From sequence record SRR20825019_117: DNA of 64,000 nt, one strand, 5' to 3'. The notes under the pieces were generated by a model. The model did no database searches. It was given only the letters and a program-made list of their open reading frames with translations, and was not told the DNA's origin. Positions 57,125 through 64,000 of the stretch are shown piece after piece (the stretch's first letter is position 1; the number at the start of each line of letters is the position of its first letter). The position numbers and the translations under genes were made by a program.

Positions 57125-57658
57125 TCACAAGGTCTGCACTGTTTTAACATTCCGGGCGCGCAGAAGCGACTTTGCTTCCTGAATCTGTTGTGTGCTTTCT
57201 GCATGAATGGCCAATACGTAATGGCCCTTGCGCAATGCGGACTGCGCCTTCATCAGATAGGGTGTGTGGTCCGGGCGGATTGTTATGCCCCCTGCGAGCA
57301 ATAGCCCGAGCATCAAACCAAGCGCGGTGAGCGCAGACGCTGAAACCACCGTATTCTGCGAAATAAAGCCAATGCCAAGGGCATTCAGTATCACATAGAC
57401 GACAAAACCCGACACGGCACCGCCGACACTCAGGCCCACATGGGAACGCACAAGCGTCTGCCAGATACCCTGGTCTTCAGGTTCAAGTTCTTTTCCCTGG
57501 CGCCGGTCCGCGGGGCTCAGCACGGATACCTGATCATTGGTCAGGCTGGTCTCGTTGCACAATGCTTTTGCCGTTCCATTGGCATCTGACTCTGTCTCGA
57601 AAACGGCAGCCACTTTGTGGCTTTCGTGCTCACCGGTCAAACTCATTGAGGGTTTCAT
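57125..57658 (-). CDS. Hypothetical two-TM membrane protein
   Basis: Start MKPSMS after AGGAGG; VAAVF, LEPEDQGIWQTLVRSH, two TM helices. Confidence 0.75.
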   Translation of the reverse strand: MKPSMSLTGEHESHKVAAVFETESDANGTAKALCNETSLTNDQVSVLSPADRRQGKELEPEDQGIWQTLVRSHVGLSVGGAVSGFVVYVILNALGIGFISQNTVVSASALTALGLMLGLLLAGGITIRPDHTPYLMKAQSALRKGHYVLAIHAESTQQIQEAKSLLRARNVKTVQTL

Positions 57659-57774
57659 GACAATACCTCCTGAGTCTTTCAGCGAATGGATGGGGCGTTT
57701 GCTGTGGAGCATCGCCCCTCTATCCACAAACATACAACACACATACCTGTATTTCGAATGACCATCCAGCAATA

Positions 57775-57791
57775 AGGCCCTCGGAGGGCCC
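57775..57791. terminator. Hairpin after the spermidine-synthase-like gene
   Basis: GGCCCTC-G-GAGGGCC, followed by TTATT on the minus strand. Confidence 0.5.
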
Positions 57792-57794
57792 GCT

Positions 57795-58469
57795 CTACCA
57801 GGCCAGCCAGATCACGTGGCGTGCGCCCTTGCCCGGTCGCAAAGCCCTGACCGTAACCGGCTCTACGGAGAAGCCCGCGCGGCGCAGCCTTTCGGTGAAT
57901 GCATGCTCCGGGCCGGCGGACCAATAGGCCAGTACGCCGTCGGGGCTAAGGGACTTCTGGGCAGCTGCAATACCGTCCGGGGAGTAAATCCAGTTATTAT
58001 CCTTGCGGGTGAGCCCTTCCGGGCCGTTGTCCACATCCAGCAGGATGGCATCCCAGTTGCCATCGCCTTCTCTCAGCAACTCCGCCACATCGCCCACATG
58101 AACACTGGCACGAGCATCGTTCAGTGGATACCCGGCGGCAGCGCCCAGCGGCCCCCGGTTCCAGTCCTCGACCTCGGGCACCAGCTCCGCCACGGTTACC
58201 CTGGCATCCTCTGCAAGGGCCGACAACGCCGCAGCCAGCGTGAACCCCATGCCCAGCCCACCAATCAATACCCGGGGCCCAGCCAGGCCGCCGATACGCT
58301 CGCAGGCGAGCGTGGCCAGAGCGTCCTCCGAGCCATGCAGGCGGCTGTTCATCAGCTCACCGGTGGTACCGGCAATCTTGATAGAGAACTCATCATTACG
58401 TTGCAGCAGTCGCAACCGGGTCCCGTTACCGGGAATCGTCGCTGTACCGATTTCCTGGAATCGGCCCAT
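57795..58469 (-). CDS. Spermidine-synthase-like SAM-dependent transferase
   Basis: ELMNSR.HGSE, VLIGGLGMGFT, ILLDVDNGP. Confidence 0.85.
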   Translation of the reverse strand: MGRFQEIGTATIPGNGTRLRLLQRNDEFSIKIAGTTGELMNSRLHGSEDALATLACERIGGLAGPRVLIGGLGMGFTLAAALSALAEDARVTVAELVPEVEDWNRGPLGAAAGYPLNDARASVHVGDVAELLREGDGNWDAILLDVDNGPEGLTRKDNNWIYSPDGIAAAQKSLSPDGVLAYWSAGPEHAFTERLRRAGFSVEPVTVRALRPGKGARHVIWLAW

Positions 58470-58814
58470 CTATTTTTTAACCCACTGGCCATCCTTCAGG
58501 ATGTACTGCCCCGATGGTGTTTTTTCCAATGCTTTCTGGCCGGCCACCGTTTCCACCTGGGTGACAGGAATATCGTGTTTCTCCGCAATGCGGGCGTATT
58601 CATCCCGACGTGCCTGGTTGATGGCGTCGACAATGCCCTGGGCGTTTCCGCTTGCCTTGACCACGTCCAGATAACCCGTTGGGGTTTCCCCTACCAGCCC
58701 TTGCTGTTTGGCGGTATCCAGCTGGTTTTTGGCCTCTTGCAGCCCCATTGCCGCGGCCGGTAGTGCCAGGCAAAGCACGAGGAAAAACGCACCGAGTTTG
58801 GAAAACCGTTTCAT
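58470..58814 (-). CDS. ydbL: YdbL family periplasmic protein
   Basis: Signal peptide; AKQQGLVGE..GYL, INQARR..Y. Confidence 0.88.
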   Translation of the reverse strand: MKRFSKLGAFFLVLCLALPAAAMGLQEAKNQLDTAKQQGLVGETPTGYLDVVKASGNAQGIVDAINQARRDEYARIAEKHDIPVTQVETVAGQKALEKTPSGQYILKDGQWVKK

Positions 58815-58843
58815 GAGTGACTCCCTGGATTCAGAATTGACCA

Positions 58844-59056
58844 TCAGAACAACCCCTTCTCGCCGAAGAGTTCATCCACCTCTTCATCCACCTTCACGTA
58901 GATTTCATGCTGGATCTTGACGTTCAGGTTCACGGTGATGGGCTCCTTGGGCGCCTCCATCCTGACCGTAGGCGTGCAGGCCGCCATACCCAGGGCCAGC
59001 AGCACCAGCGTGTAACCACCTTTTCCGGACAAACCGCCCGGCCCAAATGCGACCAT
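58844..59056 (-). CDS. ynbE: YnbE family lipoprotein
   Basis: AACTPTVRMEAPKEPITVNLNVKIQHEI. Confidence 0.9.
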   Translation of the reverse strand: MVAFGPGGLSGKGGYTLVLLALGMAACTPTVRMEAPKEPITVNLNVKIQHEIYVKVDEEVDELFGEKGLF

Positions 59057-59061
59057 ATACC

Positions 59062-60873
59062 TTACTCCTGATTGTTTCCCGCCCCGGTGGATTGACGTTG
59101 CGCGTCCCGCTCCCGTATCAGGTTGCGCACTTTTTCTGTCACGGCTTCATTGACCCGGCCACTCAGTTGCAGGCTGGTCAGCAACGCTGGAATGTCCTCT
59201 TCCAGATTGATATTCAGGACAATGGGATGACCATCTCGGACTTCGGGGCTGCTGCCTTCCAACCGCAATCCCAGCATAAGGGTACCATCCTGAGCGTAGT
59301 CTATCGTGCTGTTGAGAACCGAGTAGTGAAAGTTTTCCATGGCCTGGACCACCAGTGCCATCGCCTGGTTACCCTGGGCCATCCCCTTCAATCGATCGGC
59401 TGGCAGTTTCAGCGTGCCGCCAGGGGCCACCGCCTGGACCTGCCCGGCATCAATGCTCACACCCTCCGGACCAACCCGGACCGGAATGGCGCCCTGAAGC
59501 AAACCACTGCCCGCCAACCCCTCGGCGGGGTATACCTGCATCAGTTTCGCCAGCTCAATGCCGCTGAGTTCAAGGGGAATCCGCAGCGGCATGTCGGCAA
59601 GTTGCCATTCTCCGGGTGTGACCCGAACCTCGCCACCCAGAAGCTCGGAAGAGGCCTGGTCCAGAACCAGGGTACCGTTGGCGATCTGATCCCGGGGTGA
59701 GCGATAGAGGCCGGCGACCCGCACATCGCGCAAGGCGATGCCCGGATTGAGGGCATCCAATACCAGGTCGGAGGTCCGGACATTTACGTGGTCATTGTCC
59801 AGGTTCAGATTCACCCTGCCGTCGAGACCGGTCCAGGCCGTCCGGTCGTACAATCCATCAAGGTTATCGAAAACAAGATCTCCCTGAACGCGGATGCCCT
59901 GGGATGGGAAGCGCGCACTCAGGGCCGTCTCGACGCGGCCGTCACTCACCTCGAGCGCCGCTGGCCACGCGGTGAACGTATCCGCCAGCGCGCGACCGCC
60001 ACTTGCTCCGACAGCGTTCATGCTCACCTCAAGCGCCGGTATCCCTTCGAACGGATAGTTCATGTCCATGTCAGCATCGACGCCGGCGTCCGACGAAAGC
60101 CTGCCGTCGATCTTCAATTCGCTGAGGGTGCCGTCCAGCTGCCCATCGAATCGCCAGGGCTGGGGAAGCAACTGGGGGTGGTGAATGGTGGCGACGGTCG
60201 CCTCAAACGGCCCCTCGACCGCAAGACGCTCCAATTCCATGGGGGTCAACTGATATTCCCCGACCAGAGTCACACCGGCCAGGTTGACCCACAGGCCATC
60301 CAACCGGGAATCCTTGCCGGGCGCGGCAATATCGTCGAACTCGACGCGGCTTTGTTCGCCGAGGGTCAGTGTTGCAGCCTGCTCGCTGGCTGTACCGCTG
60401 ACCGTCAGGTTTATCCGGCCTTCCCCCATGGTCCAGCCAGCGAGGGCCCGCTCAGCCAAGCGACCTTCGATCTTCATGGCGCGAGTGATGAGTTGCCGTT
60501 CACCGGGTTCCAGGGGCCTTGAGATTGTCAGATCGCCCTCGGCATGGACACCTTGCGGCAGACTCAGTGCCAGTTGTTCGATCACAATGGCCTCGGGCAT
60601 GGGACCATACCAGTGCCAGCGCCAGGCCAGCGACAGTTGTTTCCCCACCAGGTGATAGCGCTGCCCTTCCCGGCTCTGGGTCGCAGACAAACGGTCTAGC
60701 CGCAGGCCCGCCAGCGAGACGTCACCCCATCGCCATTCAACGTTGCTGATGCCATTGGCCTTCCGCCAGGTCTCCCACGCCACAAGGGCGTACAGGCCTC
60801 CCGCCATCGACAACATGACAATCAGGCTCAGAAGCAGTAGCAGGCATCGGCGTAGTGTCATGAAAGCAGTCAT
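59062..60873 (-). CDS. ydbH: YdbH-family (AsmA-like) intermembrane protein
   Basis: N-terminal TM; NPGI, LLGG, ENFHY, INLEEDIPALLTSL; upstream of ynbE-ydbL. Confidence 0.85.
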   Translation of the reverse strand: MTAFMTLRRCLLLLLSLIVMLSMAGGLYALVAWETWRKANGISNVEWRWGDVSLAGLRLDRLSATQSREGQRYHLVGKQLSLAWRWHWYGPMPEAIVIEQLALSLPQGVHAEGDLTISRPLEPGERQLITRAMKIEGRLAERALAGWTMGEGRINLTVSGTASEQAATLTLGEQSRVEFDDIAAPGKDSRLDGLWVNLAGVTLVGEYQLTPMELERLAVEGPFEATVATIHHPQLLPQPWRFDGQLDGTLSELKIDGRLSSDAGVDADMDMNYPFEGIPALEVSMNAVGASGGRALADTFTAWPAALEVSDGRVETALSARFPSQGIRVQGDLVFDNLDGLYDRTAWTGLDGRVNLNLDNDHVNVRTSDLVLDALNPGIALRDVRVAGLYRSPRDQIANGTLVLDQASSELLGGEVRVTPGEWQLADMPLRIPLELSGIELAKLMQVYPAEGLAGSGLLQGAIPVRVGPEGVSIDAGQVQAVAPGGTLKLPADRLKGMAQGNQAMALVVQAMENFHYSVLNSTIDYAQDGTLMLGLRLEGSSPEVRDGHPIVLNINLEEDIPALLTSLQLSGRVNEAVTEKVRNLIRERDAQRQSTGAGNNQE

Positions 60874-60880
60874 CAATGGG

Positions 60881-62449
60881 TCAGTGTCCGCGCCAGTTCA
60901 CCGTGTACAGATCGTGGCGGCGATCCTTGAGGTTCTTCACGGTACCGCTGTTGCGGGCGGTAAGCAGTGTTTCCGGCCGTAGATCGGCAAAGGCGACGGT
61001 CTCCACATTCGGCGTGGTATCCGCGGCGATGCCATCACGGGCGAACGGAAAATCACAGGGTGTCAGGATGCAACTCTGGCCGTACTGCAACTCCATGTTG
61101 GGCACTTTGGGCAGGTTGCCGACATTGCCGGACATGACCACGAACAGCTGGTTTTCCACCGCACGGGCCTGACAACAGTACCGTACCCTCAGATAACTCT
61201 GGCGCTCATCGGTACAGAAAGGCACGAACAGGATCTGGATGCCCTGGTCCACCAGATGACGCGTCAGCTCGGGAAACTCCGCGTCGTAGCAAACCAGGAC
61301 CCCAATGGGGCCGCAATCGGTTTCAATGGCAGTGACACGGCTGCCACCGGTGATATTCCACCAATAGGCTTCGTTCGGCGTGGGGTGAATCTTGGGCTGC
61401 GAGAACACTTGCCCGTCTCTCAGGAACACGTAGGCAACATTGCGAACCCGGCCGTCCTCTTCCTTGACCGGCGTGGAGCCACCGATAATGTTGATGTTGT
61501 GCCTCAGGGCCAGATCGCGCATCAGGTTGCGGAAGGGTTCGGCGTATTCCGTCACCGCTTCGATGGCTTCCGCCGGGGTCCCTTCACGGCTTTCAATGGA
61601 CAGCAATTGCAGCGTGAACAACTCCGGGAACACCACGAAATCACCTTTGTAGGTGGACACCACATCCACAAAGTACCGGACGATGTCGCTGAATTCTTCA
61701 AACGATGCCACCCGGCGCTGCTGGTACTGGACCGTGCCGATCCGAACGGTGTCGGGCATTCGCCGGCCGTATCGCTTGCGCTTGCCGTTGTCGCCGTTGC
61801 GGGCCACCTTGGGATTCCTCCAGGTCAGGTGAATACCGTAACCCAGGGAAGCGTGGTCAGCATCCAGGTAGTGCGGAATAATGCCGTGGATTTCAAAACC
61901 GTTGTGTAATTGGAACGACAGTACTGGGTCCCGCTGCTTTTTCGATTTCACCGCCTCCACGTACTCTTCCACCGATTCAAACTTCTTCAGGCGCTTGGCC
62001 AGCGTCGGTAACCTGCCCGCGAACACAACGCCCTGCAACTCCAGCGCCTGGCAGAGCGTTTTTCGTTCGTTGTACAGGCGCTCACCAATGCGGTAGCCAC
62101 GGCAGTCGGGGTCTACACAAACCTCCATGCCGTACAGCCACTCCCCTTCCGGGTCGTGGCGCGAGGCATAACCATTACCAGTAATTTCTGTCCAGTCATG
62201 GGGCGCCAATGCAACGTCTTCACCAATACGAAACGTGGCGCAATACCCCACCACACGGTCACCCAGCATGGCGACAAACTGGCCCTCAGGAAAGGTGTTG
62301 ATCTGCCCTGTCAGGGGGCCAGCTGTGTAGCCATACATCCCTGTGCCCGCGTACACTCGGCGGCTCAGGGCGATGATTCCCGGTATATCACCAAGGGTGG
62401 CGTTTCTTACGTACAGGCGCTGTGTCTTGTCTGAAAAGGGAGGACTCAT
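60881..62449 (-). CDS. GNAT acetyltransferase / carbon-nitrogen hydrolase fusion
   Basis: GNAT (FPEGQF, LYGMEVCV, RGYRIG) plus nitrilase triad (FPE, QPKIH, VCYDAEFPE). Confidence 0.92.
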   Translation of the reverse strand: MSPPFSDKTQRLYVRNATLGDIPGIIALSRRVYAGTGMYGYTAGPLTGQINTFPEGQFVAMLGDRVVGYCATFRIGEDVALAPHDWTEITGNGYASRHDPEGEWLYGMEVCVDPDCRGYRIGERLYNERKTLCQALELQGVVFAGRLPTLAKRLKKFESVEEYVEAVKSKKQRDPVLSFQLHNGFEIHGIIPHYLDADHASLGYGIHLTWRNPKVARNGDNGKRKRYGRRMPDTVRIGTVQYQQRRVASFEEFSDIVRYFVDVVSTYKGDFVVFPELFTLQLLSIESREGTPAEAIEAVTEYAEPFRNLMRDLALRHNINIIGGSTPVKEEDGRVRNVAYVFLRDGQVFSQPKIHPTPNEAYWWNITGGSRVTAIETDCGPIGVLVCYDAEFPELTRHLVDQGIQILFVPFCTDERQSYLRVRYCCQARAVENQLFVVMSGNVGNLPKVPNMELQYGQSCILTPCDFPFARDGIAADTTPNVETVAFADLRPETLLTARNSGTVKNLKDRRHDLYTVNWRGH

Positions 62450-62608
62450 GGAAACCTCGGAAGCTGGAAGCCTAAAGGCATAGTTCGCGAAATGTCCTCG
62501 AGCCGTCAAGTGGCCTCTGCAGAAAACAAATCGAAGCAAACTTTAACCTGACAAACCGGCGCCAGGCCTTTTAGAGTAGGCCCATGTAAAACGATTAGAG
62601 GCTTTCCC

Positions 62609-63112
62609 ATGAATCGGCGCCCAGTGCTTCCGATGCTCGCAATCCTGATGGCCGTCGGCCTCGCAGGCTGCGCCAGTAACCAGAACCTGCCTCCAACGAA
62701 TGGCACCACCTGGCAGCCCCCTCACAACGCCACACCCGAGGATGCTGCGACAGCAGATCGGTTATGGCAGGTATTCGAGCGTTACGAAGGCACGCCCTAT
62801 CGCTACGGCGGCACCTCAGCCAATGGCTTCGATTGCTCTGGCTTCATCGCCACTGCCTTCGATGAAGCCCTCGGCCGTCAGTTACCCCGTACAACCTCAC
62901 AGATGCTGGCATCCGGTGACGTGGTCGGGCGTGACCAACTGCGTGCTGGCGACCTGGTGTTTTTCCGTATCAAAGGCAAGGACCAGCATGCTGGCATCTA
63001 CATGGGTGGTGACAGCTTCATTCATTCCTCGACCTCCATCGGCGTTACCCGCTCGTCCCTCAACGGATACTACTGGCGGGATCGTTTCAGCCAGGCTAGA
63101 CGGTTTGACTAG
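62609..63112 (+). CDS. NlpC/P60 lipoprotein endopeptidase
   Basis: LAGC lipobox, GTPYRYGG, FDCSG, HAGIY, FIHSS. Confidence 0.94.
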   Translation: MNRRPVLPMLAILMAVGLAGCASNQNLPPTNGTTWQPPHNATPEDAATADRLWQVFERYEGTPYRYGGTSANGFDCSGFIATAFDEALGRQLPRTTSQMLASGDVVGRDQLRAGDLVFFRIKGKDQHAGIYMGGDSFIHSSTSIGVTRSSLNGYYWRDRFSQARRFD

Positions 63113-64000
63113 CCAGCCAGTAACAACACTACGCCCAGCAGATAGAGAACCATGATAACCACGCTTTCTGTACCAATCTGACCGATACCGTGACGCTCAC
63201 GGCGGATTAATCCCATCATCAGCACGCCGGACATCAATAGGGTGAGCGCCGCCCAGAATACCGAATCCTCCGGCATGGCATGGTAGATCGACCCGTCCCG
63301 GTAGGCGATATCGGAGGCTGCAGTAAACAACGTGTCGAACGCGTTGCCGCCAATAATACCGCTTACAGCCAAGGTCAGAGCGCCTCGGCGAACTGCGGCT
63401 ATGGACGTCACCAACTCGGGGATTGAGGTACTGATCGCCGTCAACATCACGCCAACAATGGTCTGGCTCAGGTTAGCCCTGTCTGCAATCACCGTTGCCG
63501 CCGGCTCCAGCATCCAGCCTGCAATTCCGAGCACCAGCATCAGCGCCAGAAATTCAATCCAAAGCCGCAGCAGCGGCGGCATGGCTGTAACGTCGTCAGG
63601 CTCGTCTTGCCGCGTGTCCCTGGTTATTGAAGGCCGCCACATGGGCGATTCCGATGCGTCCCGCACCAGGTATATTCCGTAGATGTAGGCGCCCAGAAGA
63701 ACCGGCGTGACCGGATGAACGCCGAAGAACGTCACGTCCGGCAGGTGGGGCGCGAACAGGATCAACGCCAGAAGGCAAATCAGCAAGCCGTTCTGCATCA
63801 TGTTCGGCACAGACGCAGCCGCATGCTCAAGATTGGCGCGACGATAAACCATATCCGCCACCGCAAGGAAAAACGTCTGGACAGCAATGCCACCCAAAGC
63901 GTTGCTCACGGCCAGTTCCGCGTTGCCGTGCCACGCTGCAGTCACCGACAGCACCGACCCACCCAGGGATGTCGACGCCCCCAGAAGCACCGCGCCCGCA
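63109..64000 (-). CDS. Sodium:calcium antiporter family protein, 5' end outside the window
   Basis: Alpha-repeat motifs LLGASTSL, SNALGG, STSIPEL, IIGGNAFD. Confidence 0.88.
   Translation of the reverse strand, partial: AGAVLLGASTSLGGSVLSVTAAWHGNAELAVSNALGGIAVQTFFLAVADMVYRRANLEHAAASVPNMMQNGLLICLLALILFAPHLPDVTFFGVHPVTPVLLGAYIYGIYLVRDASESPMWRPSITRDTRQDEPDDVTAMPPLLRLWIEFLALMLVLGIAGWMLEPAATVIADRANLSQTIVGVMLTAISTSIPELVTSIAAVRRGALTLAVSGIIGGNAFDTLFTAASDIAYRDGSIYHAMPEDSVFWAALTLLMSGVLMMGLIRRERHGIGQIGTESVVIMVLYLLGVVLLLAG

Noticed and set aside
1-64000. tRNA, rRNA, IS, integrase or prophage
   Set aside because: No recognisable signatures on reading; intergenic gaps are short and composition looks uniform. 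A tRNAscan/Rfam run would confirm.

Overview
A gene-dense, roughly 58% GC chromosomal window from a marine gammaproteobacterium. Gene content suggests Marinobacter, but that is inference. I see about 57 CDSs and no rRNA, tRNA, CRISPR array, transposase, integrase or prophage gene. Housekeeping and accessory genes include an acyl-CoA synthetase with a divergent PAS two-component system, MocR/PhzF, SulP-USP-PLD, argO/argP, alkB, several c-di-GMP enzymes and an MCP, an RND pump, attenuated ilvGM, a Hanks kinase/PP2C/FHA trio, an ECF42-type sigma factor, soxR, arfB, a COG0523 GTPase and ydbH-ynbE-ydbL. The most interesting signals are: (1) an AraC-linked pair of acidic secreted proteins, one with tandem Ig-like repeats and one DUF6160-like, each preceded by strong RNA hairpins; (2) two coupled MNVP uORFs, the second ending Pro-Pro-stop, in the sulP leader; (3) a ~330-bp nested palindromic, GTAG-footed REPIN/MITE-like element; (4) a Ser/Thr-type proline-racemase-family gene coupled to a Zn-free MDR reductase; (5) a Zur-like box that may place arfB under zinc control. 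All family assignments come from motif recognition, not database searches.
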